From: a virus
Taxonomy: Duplodnaviria; Heunggongvirae; Uroviricota; Caudoviricetes
DNA: 29,864 nucleotides
IMG/VR virus record: IMGVR_UViG_3300047160_006104
Location: 1-29,864 of that record
Strand: one strand, 5' to 3'
The stretch's first letter is position 1. The number at the start of each line of letters is the position of its first letter. Positions 1-7,455 of this stretch are shown here, piece after piece. A program made the position numbers and the translations under genes. The notes beneath the pieces were generated by a model. That model was not told the origin of the DNA. It did not search any database and was given only the letters and a program-made list of their open reading frames with translations.

Positions 1-2
1 AT

Positions 3-857
3 CACGGCGACCCCTACGACCTGGGGGGGCAGGTCGGCGGGGTGCCCGGCGACCGACCCAACTACGGCGACTTCCCGCAAGGCCCGATCGCTGAGAACAT
101 CGTCACCACAGGTGGTGGGCGCGGCCCGGGAAGCAATGTGGGAACCGGCGGCGCGGTTGCCCCGGTGGGTACCGAACCGGTCGATTCGGGTGGTGGTCAC
201 GCCTACGACTGGACGTCGGGGACGATCGGTCAGCCCGCCAACCCGGCGGAGGAATTGGACGCTTCCCGCGCCATGACGGAAGGGCATCCTGATGATTGTT
301 CCTGCGGTGACTGCCGCAGCGGCGACTGGTCACCGACCAACATCGTCGGCGGCGTGGGTGGTTTGCACAACGCGGGTGAGGCCACCGACGCCGACGATCC
401 GCACGGCAGCCAGATCGATTTGTGTATGGCGCAGGCGTTGGACCGCACCATTGTGAGTTTGTCGCAGGCGGTCGGCGCGGGTCAGCGCGGCGATGTGCGC
501 AAACTGGTGCTGGTTGCGCGTCGCCAACTGCACACCTTGTGCGGGTTGGAGCCGCGCCGTAAAGATTCCGACGTCGCCCGCAAGTTGGCTGAGCTGCGTA
601 AAGAGGTCGGTGCGCCGGACACCGCGACGGTGTCGGGTGGGTTGGCGTATCTGCGTAGTGAAGGTAACGCCCCGCTCGGGTATCGCGGTGTGCTGAATTC
701 CGCCAACGGTGGACCTGACCGCGCCGCCCGGGACACCGCGGTCCGCAACGCCGCGCAGGCTAACGCTGAAGCCGCGCGCGCGCAGGCTCGTTTGGCGGCA
801 GCTGAGCGTGAGCATGAACTCAACGAGGCCATCAAGCGTGCCGTGGCACGTCGCTAG
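3..857 (+). CDS. 5'-truncated phage head gene, possibly the C-terminal part of a capsid maturation protease/scaffold protein
   Basis: The frame is open from position 3 (HGDPYDLGGQVGG...) to TAG at 855-857. It has a Gly/Pro/Asp-rich linker, an HPDDCSCGDC motif and an Ala/Arg/Glu helical C-terminus (AEAARAQARLAAAEREHELNEAIKRAVARR). The function is inferred only from its position upstream of the HK97-type capsid gene. Confidence 0.4.
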   Translation, partial: HGDPYDLGGQVGGVPGDRPNYGDFPQGPIAENIVTTGGGRGPGSNVGTGGAVAPVGTEPVDSGGGHAYDWTSGTIGQPANPAEELDASRAMTEGHPDDCSCGDCRSGDWSPTNIVGGVGGLHNAGEATDADDPHGSQIDLCMAQALDRTIVSLSQAVGAGQRGDVRKLVLVARRQLHTLCGLEPRRKDSDVARKLAELRKEVGAPDTATVSGGLAYLRSEGNAPLGYRGVLNSANGGPDRAARDTAVRNAAQANAEAARAQARLAAAEREHELNEAIKRAVARR

Positions 858-1083
858 CTCGTCGAGCTGCCCGGCGGCTAAACCGTTCGCCGTGATCAAA
901 ACCAGCGACGGCTCAGTCGCCGGGTGTCACCCGACCCGTGAGGCGGCTAACGCTCAGTTGGCTGCCTTGTACGCGTCGGAGAACGGGATCGGGCATCAGT
1001 CCTCGGGATCGGCGGTCGGCCAGGCAGTGCCGTGGCAAGACCCGGCGGTTGCCTACACCACCCCGATGACGCAAGTTTGGTAG
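838..1083 (+). CDS. Small actinophage head-region protein (81 aa, MPWHV...CP..KPFAVIK..DG.VAGCH.T...A..QLAALYASE)
   Basis: GTG at 838 with GAGG at 824-827, overlapping the upstream gene end by 20 nt. It lies in the frame of ORF 709..1083. The motif matches, from memory, a short domain found alone or at the N-terminus of actinophage prohead proteases. Confidence 0.6.
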   Translation: MPWHVASSSSCPAAKPFAVIKTSDGSVAGCHPTREAANAQLAALYASENGIGHQSSGSAVGQAVPWQDPAVAYTTPMTQVW

Positions 1084-1105
1084 CTCGGCGGAAGGCGGTG
1101 CGCTA

Positions 1106-2509
1106 ATGGCCGTCGCGTACGACACCGCTGGGGCGTTTGTCGCCAGTGGTTCAGCTAACCCCAGCTACACCCACGTCCTCGGCTCGACTGCGAACGTTAT
1201 CCTCGTCGCCTGCGGAGGCGTTAACTCTCTAAATTTCCCCACGGCGGTCACGGTGGGCGGGGTGACCGTGCCCCATCTCGGCACAATATCTGGCGCCCAG
1301 AAGGCGGTCCAGCTTTTCGGTCTGGTTGGCCCGCCCACCGGCTCCCAAACGGTCGCCACCACCTGCGCCGCGCAATCTGGCAACTCCATCACCATCAACT
1401 CGGTGTCGTATTCGGGGGTTGGTTCGATCGGTGCCGCGATCACCAGCCAGGGGGGTTACTTCAGCGGTGACGGCACCCTCACCTGGTCTCCCAGCACAAC
1501 CGGCAACATGTATGTCGCGGCGTGCGTCACCGCCTACGGGCTGTCATCGACGGCGCCGCAGGTAACGGAGTGGTCCAACGGCGGCTTCGGGTTCATCGAC
1601 ATCCCCGGTACGGGCAGCAGCGTCACCCTCGACGCCACGTCATCCAACTACGACTGGTGCATGGTCGGGGTCGAACTCATCGCGGTCAGCGGGACTCCCC
1701 GCTCCGCGGCCCTCTCAGGGCATGGGGTTCTGTCGGCCAAGGCTGGCCCCAAAGTCGCGGTGCCGTGCGTATTAACCGGACGCGGTGCGCTGGCCGCACC
1801 GGCCTCATCAACACTGCCGTGGACACTGCCGATCAGACTGGGCTCCTTCATCACCGCCACCGCAGCCGGCCAGGGCGTGTTGGCGGTGATGGTCGAGCCC
1901 AGTTCGAGTGCTGCGCTGGCCGGTCACGGTGTGTTGTCGGCGACCATCAAGTCCACCGCGGCTGCGGTCTTGGCCGGGCAGGGCGTGTTGGCGGCGACCA
2001 TCAAGTCCACCGCGGCTGCGGTCTCAGCCGGGCAGGGTGCGTTGGCGGCGGGAATCGTCGTGAAGTTGGCTGCGGCCGGCACGCTGGCCAGCATGGGGTT
2101 ACTTTCAGCGCTGCCGACTCCAGAGTTGTCGAGCGTCTTGTCTGGTCACGGAGTGCTGTCGGCGTCGGTGCGGCCCAGGCTGGCCGCCGCGCTGCCTGGG
2201 CGTGGGGTGTTGGTCTCCCCGCAGGGACAGGGCGCCGTACGCACCGCAGCCTTTCACGGCCACGGGACACTGAGCGCCACGTACCACGTCGTTGTCGGCG
2301 CGGTGCTGCACGGCCACGGCGCACCGACCGCGTCGCGAGTTCCGGTCGGCTACACCTTCACCGCCGCCTTCACCGGACGCGGTGATCTGGTGATGGGCTT
2401 TACCCAGTTCGCCAATGGCTTCGACGCCGCCACCTACGGGACCGGTGTTTTGAGTGTGTTCGTCACCACCCCACCCACCAAACGCCGTATCCAACGGGTG
2501 GCCCGTTGA
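1106..2509 (+). CDS. Fibre/minor virion protein A: N-terminal beta-sandwich, GxGxL-repeat stalk, Arg-rich C-terminus (467 aa)
   Basis: GGAAGG RBS. The Ser/Thr/Gly-rich N-terminal ~190 aa are paralogous to the N-termini of 2554..6273 and 6284..6943. About 12 (L/A)xG(H/Q/R)GxLxA repeats follow, plus an LPWTLP motif. Confidence 0.7.
   Translation: MAVAYDTAGAFVASGSANPSYTHVLGSTANVILVACGGVNSLNFPTAVTVGGVTVPHLGTISGAQKAVQLFGLVGPPTGSQTVATTCAAQSGNSITINSVSYSGVGSIGAAITSQGGYFSGDGTLTWSPSTTGNMYVAACVTAYGLSSTAPQVTEWSNGGFGFIDIPGTGSSVTLDATSSNYDWCMVGVELIAVSGTPRSAALSGHGVLSAKAGPKVAVPCVLTGRGALAAPASSTLPWTLPIRLGSFITATAAGQGVLAVMVEPSSSAALAGHGVLSATIKSTAAAVLAGQGVLAATIKSTAAAVSAGQGALAAGIVVKLAAAGTLASMGLLSALPTPELSSVLSGHGVLSASVRPRLAAALPGRGVLVSPQGQGAVRTAAFHGHGTLSATYHVVVGAVLHGHGAPTASRVPVGYTFTAAFTGRGDLVMGFTQFANGFDAATYGTGVLSVFVTTPPTKRRIQRVAR
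1814..1831 (+). repeat. 18-bp sequence CTGCCGTGGACACTGCCG, exact inverted copy of 8584-8601
   Basis: Direct reading: 8584-8601 is CGGCAGTGTCCACGGCAG, the reverse complement. Both copies encode LPWTLP in frame. Confidence 0.9.
1939..2046 (+). repeat. 54-bp (18-aa) tandem duplication in the fibre A stalk
   Basis: GGCGACCATCAAGTCCACCGCGGCTGCGGTCT occurs at 1939 and 1993 (period 54 nt). The protein reads ...GVLSATIKSTAAAVLAGQGVLAATIKSTAAAVSAGQG... Confidence 0.9.
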
Positions 2510-2553
2510 TCCGCACCGTCACCGTACCGGCGTCGGATCGGGTGCTCACACCG

Positions 2554-5500
2554 TCACCGCCGTGAGCGGGGCACCGTGTAGCGCCGCGCCGGGGCGCTGT
2601 GCACACCACGGCGCCGCGGCGCGGTGGTGATCGATATCGTCAACACACCCTCACCCTGCAGGGGTGCTGTAGCGGGCCAGCCGCCCACCGGCACCGGTAT
2701 CGCCGCGATCAGCAGCGGATGGGTGGACAGCAGCAGATAATTGGTGGTCCAGCCGGTCCATTTGGCGAGGTTTTTCACCGTGAATGTGTCATACAGGGCG
2801 CCGGTTTTCGGGCCGGACGCGACCGCCGCCAACACGCCGCGCCCGGACAGGGCGACGAAAGTTTGCCGCGCCGACTGCAACTGGCCCTGCCCGCGCAGCC
2901 GGACCAAAAACCTGGCGTTCCCGCCCGCCCGCAGCGCACCCTGCCCGGCGGTGCGGGCGGTGCGGGGCATCCGGAACATCCGCGCCGCCCCCGCCAGCAC
3001 ACCGGCACCAGGCAGCACGATCCGGTATTTCTGTGTGATCTTCGTGGCGGCCAGCGCGCCGCGACCGGTTAAACTCGCCGCGCCCTGCCCGCCGCTGTCG
3101 GCTGAGAGGCGGCCGTGACCGGAGGTCAGCGGGGTGATCGCGAACACGTTGACGTTGTCGAACAGCACCGAGCCCTGCGGGACAGGTGTCGAAGGGTCGC
3201 AGTCGCAGGCGAAACCGATGATCATCTGGTTGACCGGGGACAGCGCCGCTGACGCGGCGTTGACCCACAACTGGCTGTTGGGGCCGTAATCCCAATACAG
3301 CAGCCCCCCGGATTCGCGGATGCGCCACCAGATGTGCATGGTCGCGTCGAACACCGCGGTGTAGCGGGTGGTGAAACCGGTGCCCGTCCCGCCGTTGTCC
3401 TGGCAGACGAAGTTGCCGCCCCAGAACCCGATCCGCGCCGCCGGACCCGCACCCAGCGGATACTTGTACAGATACATCCACGCCTGGGTGGACCCGTCGG
3501 ACACGTTGGGGACCTGCAGGCACTGCACGAACGTGTAGCTGCCGACCAGATTGTAGGGGTGCGCGGAGGTCAGCATGTAGTCGGCGGGGGTGCACAGGAT
3601 CTCCAGGCGCCCGGCCAGGGTGGTGACGTCGTCAGCGAACGCTGTCGCCGACAAGACACCCGCCCCGGCGGTTTTGCCGCCGCCGGGGAACGCGGCCATC
3701 GTCAGTTTCGAGCCGCCGCGCAGCCCGGCGGCGATACTGAACCGGGTGGCGTAGGCGCTCACCGCCAGCACACCCGCAGCGCCGAGCTGCGGGGTCGCCG
3801 TGTATTTTTTGGCGATCGCCGTCAGCAGGGCCGGCCCGGTCAGCGCGGCGGGCAGCAGCGGGTCGGCGTTGACCGCCACGTGTCCGCGTCCGCTGATCGG
3901 GGCGGGCTGGCGGATCAGCGACATCCGGGCGGCGACCCGCAGCAGCCCGGGGCCGCTGATTTTGAACACGAATTTCGGGGTGAGGGTGCCCGTTGACAGC
4001 GCGCCGTGACCGGCGGGATGCGACACCCGTAGTTCGCGCTGCACGGTTCGCGCGGTGAACTGCCCCAACCCGTGCGTGTAGCTGGCGCCCCACAGCGACA
4101 CCGGCAGATGCCACGGCAGAAACGACGCCACACCGCGCTGGTTGAACACCCCGGCACCGGGCAGCGCGGCAGCGACGTTGACCCGCACCCACACGGTGCC
4201 GCCCAGCGCGCCGCGGCTGTGCAGCAGGCTGCCGGAGGCACCTGCGGTGAACGGCAGCGTCCACGACAGCACCGCACCCCCAGACCCGCCGCCCGCGAAC
4301 ATCCGCGCCCGCGCGGTCGCCGACAAACCGCCCCGGCCGCGCACGGTGATGATGTTCAGACCAGCGTGGGTGCCGACCTGAAACGCTAACACCCACGGCA
4401 GCGTCGCCGAGTGGAAGACGACGGCGCCGGCGCCGGCCGCGCCCACCCCGGCCAGGTTCGCGGCGATAACGCTGATCACACTGAGAGTCGCGGACAGGAC
4501 GCCGTGGCCACCCAGACCGGGTATCCCCTGGGTGTCGGACGACGACAGCACACCCGAACCGGCCAGCGCGCCGCCGACGCCGGGCAGCGGCGACGGCACC
4601 AGCAGCGCCGACAGGGTTCCGCGGCCGGGCAGCGGGCCGGGCGCCCCCATCCCGATCATCGGCGCCAGCTGCGTCAACATCCAGCGGGCCTGCAGCGCAT
4701 ACCCGAGCCCGTTGGGATGCAGCCCGCCCACCGTGTCGTTGGTGTTCAGATAGGTGGTGAGCCCGGTGCTGGGGAACGCCTGCTCGGTGTCTAAAACCCA
4801 CACGTTGCGGTAGGCGGCGCTGGCCTGCAGCGGCGGGGTGAGCGGCAACCCGTTACCGGTGTAGTAGACGGCCATGGTGGAGAACTGGCCGGTGAAATAC
4901 GATGGTGTCGGATAGTAGCCGCTCGACTTGTTTTCGGTGGTGATCACCACCGGCGTGTTGGGGCAGTAGCTTGATTGGATGAGGGCGACGTAGTTTTCCA
5001 TCGCGGGGGGAAAGTAGACGCCGTTGAGTTGGTCGTTGAATCCGGTGCCGATCAGGATGAGGTCTGGATTGGAGATGGGGAGCAGCCCCTGATTCAGCCA
5101 GCCTTCCTGCTGGCTGATCAGGGAGCCGCCGACACCGCCGTTCATCAGCAGGATGGCTGGGGCGCCGCTGACGGTGCTGTAGTACAGGGTTGTCGCGGCG
5201 TCGTAGGCGTGGGTGGTGGTGTTGTAGTGGCGGTAGGTGACGTTGGCGTTGTAGTGCGCGCCCAGGATGATGCCGAACCAGCCCACCCAGCCGTCCAACG
5301 GTCCCGGCCCGGTGTCCCAGGAGCCCTGTACGGTGGAGTCACCCAGAAACTGGAAGACCGCTGATCCGCCGGCGTTGAGTTTCGCCAGGGCGTAGCAGAT
5401 CGGGGTGTCCCACAGCGACCCGGCGCCGGTCAGCGCGCCGAGGATTTTCGCGACGGTTTTGCTGGTCAGCGCGCCGCGCCCGAGCGCGCGGGGTTTGGGG

Positions 5501-6273
5501 TGGTTGGTGCCGCCGACCAGGACACCGCGGCCGGTGGGGGCGGGGAAAGCGTCGGGTATGTGCGCGGCGGCCATCAGGACACCGCGGCCGGGCAGCGGGA
5601 TACGCCCGTACAGATCCCCGGCGGCCGGGGACAAGATGGTGGCGATCGAGGTCCACGCCGCGGTGTAGGAGGTGGTGGTCGACTGCCCGGTGAACACGCC
5701 CGACGCGGTGTTGTCGCTGATCGCCAGCTGGGCGTCGGCGCTGTCGGAGGCGGTGTTGTTGTAGCGGTTGACCCCGCCGGCCAGGTTGGTGTATCCCGAC
5801 GACAGGATGCCGTAGGAGCAGGCCCCGCCGAAGCCCTGCACAATCAACTGCCCGGCGGTACAGTTCACCGTCTGCGACAGCGCCACGGTGCCGGCGGTCG
5901 CGGTGACGCTGACCGGCACCTTTTGCAGCGACACGCTCGCCGCAACCCCGGTGTAGGACACCGAACAGGCGGCCACCCAGCAGCTCGACCCACCCAGCGT
6001 CACATACACCGACTGGGCGCCGCCGGTGACGTTGGCCAACGCGAAACGGGCGTAATAGCCGGTGCCGCCGCCGGTGTCGGCGAGCTGCACATTGTGGGTT
6101 TGTGTCATCGGGGTGCCCGACGGGCCACCGTATCTTGCGCCGGTGACCGCGAAGCGGTCGCACACCACATCGGCGATCACATACCCGCCGGATGCGGCGG
6201 TGTGGTTGAAGGTAAAAGTTGTAGCGCCAGGGTTGCCGCTATACGCTGCGCCCGTGGCATCGTAAGCGACCAC
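2554..6273 (-). CDS. Large mosaic fibre protein B: beta-sandwich, SGNH/GDSL hydrolase, GxGxL stalk, ConA/LamG-like lectin domain, Arg-rich tail (1239 aa)
   Basis: AGGAG RBS and GTG start. SGNH blocks are FLGDST (GDS at 5343-5335), NGGVGG, GTGFND and GGLHPNGLGY (His at 4719-4717). The beta-rich domain at ~3640-3130 contains WWRIRESGGLLYWDY and FDNVNV. Many GxGxLxA repeats are present. Confidence 0.75.
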   Translation of the reverse strand: MVAYDATGAAYSGNPGATTFTFNHTAASGGYVIADVVCDRFAVTGARYGGPSGTPMTQTHNVQLADTGGGTGYYARFALANVTGGAQSVYVTLGGSSCWVAACSVSYTGVAASVSLQKVPVSVTATAGTVALSQTVNCTAGQLIVQGFGGACSYGILSSGYTNLAGGVNRYNNTASDSADAQLAISDNTASGVFTGQSTTTSYTAAWTSIATILSPAAGDLYGRIPLPGRGVLMAAAHIPDAFPAPTGRGVLVGGTNHPKPRALGRGALTSKTVAKILGALTGAGSLWDTPICYALAKLNAGGSAVFQFLGDSTVQGSWDTGPGPLDGWVGWFGIILGAHYNANVTYRHYNTTTHAYDAATTLYYSTVSGAPAILLMNGGVGGSLISQQEGWLNQGLLPISNPDLILIGTGFNDQLNGVYFPPAMENYVALIQSSYCPNTPVVITTENKSSGYYPTPSYFTGQFSTMAVYYTGNGLPLTPPLQASAAYRNVWVLDTEQAFPSTGLTTYLNTNDTVGGLHPNGLGYALQARWMLTQLAPMIGMGAPGPLPGRGTLSALLVPSPLPGVGGALAGSGVLSSSDTQGIPGLGGHGVLSATLSVISVIAANLAGVGAAGAGAVVFHSATLPWVLAFQVGTHAGLNIITVRGRGGLSATARARMFAGGGSGGAVLSWTLPFTAGASGSLLHSRGALGGTVWVRVNVAAALPGAGVFNQRGVASFLPWHLPVSLWGASYTHGLGQFTARTVQRELRVSHPAGHGALSTGTLTPKFVFKISGPGLLRVAARMSLIRQPAPISGRGHVAVNADPLLPAALTGPALLTAIAKKYTATPQLGAAGVLAVSAYATRFSIAAGLRGGSKLTMAAFPGGGKTAGAGVLSATAFADDVTTLAGRLEILCTPADYMLTSAHPYNLVGSYTFVQCLQVPNVSDGSTQAWMYLYKYPLGAGPAARIGFWGGNFVCQDNGGTGTGFTTRYTAVFDATMHIWWRIRESGGLLYWDYGPNSQLWVNAASAALSPVNQMIIGFACDCDPSTPVPQGSVLFDNVNVFAITPLTSGHGRLSADSGGQGAASLTGRGALAATKITQKYRIVLPGAGVLAGAARMFRMPRTARTAGQGALRAGGNARFLVRLRGQGQLQSARQTFVALSGRGVLAAVASGPKTGALYDTFTVKNLAKWTGWTTNYLLLSTHPLLIAAIPVPVGGWPATAPLQGEGVLTISITTAPRRRGVHSAPARRYTVPRSRR

Positions 6274-6283
6274 GACGCAACTC

Positions 6284-6943
6284 CTAGTGGGTTAGCGCGT
6301 GCGCGAGTGAACCCCAGTAGTTCATGCCGGTCGCTCCCGACCCGGTAAATGTCGTTGATGTGGTTGCATCGTTGATCGCCAACAAAGTGTTTCCTTGGTT
6401 GACGTTGTAGCGGTTGGTGCCTCCGGATACGGTCATGGCGGACATGCTGGAGTTGCTCTCCCCGATGAACGATTGCAACAACAACTGGCCAGGGCTGCAC
6501 GTGGCGCTCGCCGAGACGGAGGTTCCTGTCCCGGTAGTGGTCTGCGCGGTGCCTATCGAGGTGACTCCGGTGTAAGACACCGAATTAGCTACGGCCCATG
6601 AGTTCACCGATCCTGCGAGCGTGATCGTGAACGACCCCGCCGATGTGGACACCCATTTGAAGCGTTTGAGATAAGCATTTCCCGACGAGCCTCCACTCAG
6701 GGTCACCGAATCGACGGCTGTTGAACTTGTGGAGCCGTTGATAATCGGGCCGGTGAGGGTGATGTTGCGATCGGTCGCCACATCGAAGAAGATCGTCGCA
6801 CCCGATGTGGTCACGACATGTGTCCACGAGATTTGGCTAGCGGGTAGCGGTAGCAGTCCGCTGAATCCGGTACCAATACCGTCCAGCACAATCAGACTTC
6901 CCGCCGACGGCGGCGTCCAGAGTAGATTCTTCGCGACGAACAT
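6284..6943 (-). CDS. Minor virion protein, stand-alone beta-sandwich paralog of the fibre A/B N-termini (219 aa)
   Basis: Starts immediately after the TAA of 6945..7418. Shares SVSYTGV, CxxGQLxxQxFxG, GGxNRYN and LAIxDxT with fibre B. Confidence 0.65.
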   Translation of the reverse strand: MFVAKNLLWTPPSAGSLIVLDGIGTGFSGLLPLPASQISWTHVVTTSGATIFFDVATDRNITLTGPIINGSTSSTAVDSVTLSGGSSGNAYLKRFKWVSTSAGSFTITLAGSVNSWAVANSVSYTGVTSIGTAQTTTGTGTSVSASATCSPGQLLLQSFIGESNSSMSAMTVSGGTNRYNVNQGNTLLAINDATTSTTFTGSGATGMNYWGSLAHALTH

Positions 6944-6944
6944 T

Positions 6945-7418
6945 TTATGGGGTGTAGTTCGCGATCACGGAACCATACCAGTCGGTCCCATCAGTGAAAA
7001 AGCTGTAAACGTCCATGGTGGCCGCCGTGGTGGTCTGGGTGGGTGCCGTGCTGGCGGGCCATTTGACTCCGGTGAAGGTGGCGGTGCCCGCCCCCGTCGA
7101 CGCGGCCTGTTTGAGCAGCAGCACAAACGACTGTCCGGCGACTTTGGTGGGCATGGTGAACGTGCACGCCGTCGACGCCGTCAAGGTGGCGGTGACGAAG
7201 GTGCCGTTGGTGAGCGCCCCGATCGTTTTGGTTGAGGTCACCGTCCCCAACGATTGCACCGTCTCGGTGTAGCCGGTGATCGTGGGGTTCACCAGCGTCG
7301 CCCCACCGGAGGTGGTGCCATTCAACACGTTGGTGTTGGCGTTGATCGCCGTGTCCCACGCATTCAAATCGGAGGCGTGGACGGTGTTGCCGTCGGCGTA
7401 AGAGGTGGGCAGCGTCAT
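6945..7418 (-). CDS. Short tail/head fibre-type protein (157 aa)
   Basis: The Thr-rich C-terminal domain SFVLLLKQAASTG..TATFTGVKWP..TAPT.TT.A..MDVYSFFTDGTDWYG matches a motif I recognise from phage fibre proteins. The N-terminus contains HASDLN..DTAIN. Confidence 0.6.
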   Translation of the reverse strand: MTLPTSYADGNTVHASDLNAWDTAINANTNVLNGTTSGGATLVNPTITGYTETVQSLGTVTSTKTIGALTNGTFVTATLTASTACTFTMPTKVAGQSFVLLLKQAASTGAGTATFTGVKWPASTAPTQTTTAATMDVYSFFTDGTDWYGSVIANYTP

Positions 7419-7435
7419 AACCGCTAGAGTCGCAC

Positions 7436-7448
7436 CGGTTTACCGTGT
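7436..7448. repeat. 13-bp intergenic direct repeat CGGTTTACCGTGT (second copy 10923-10935)
   Basis: Exact match read at both positions. The core CGGT-TT-ACCG is palindromic. Confidence 0.85.
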
Positions 7449-7455
7449 GAAAAGG

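Noticed and set aside
5948-6584. Palindromes CGGTGT-N3-ACACCG at 5949-5963 and 6568-6582
   Set aside because: They arise from the codons for conserved SVSYTG in paralogous domains, so they are not independent evidence of a DNA site.
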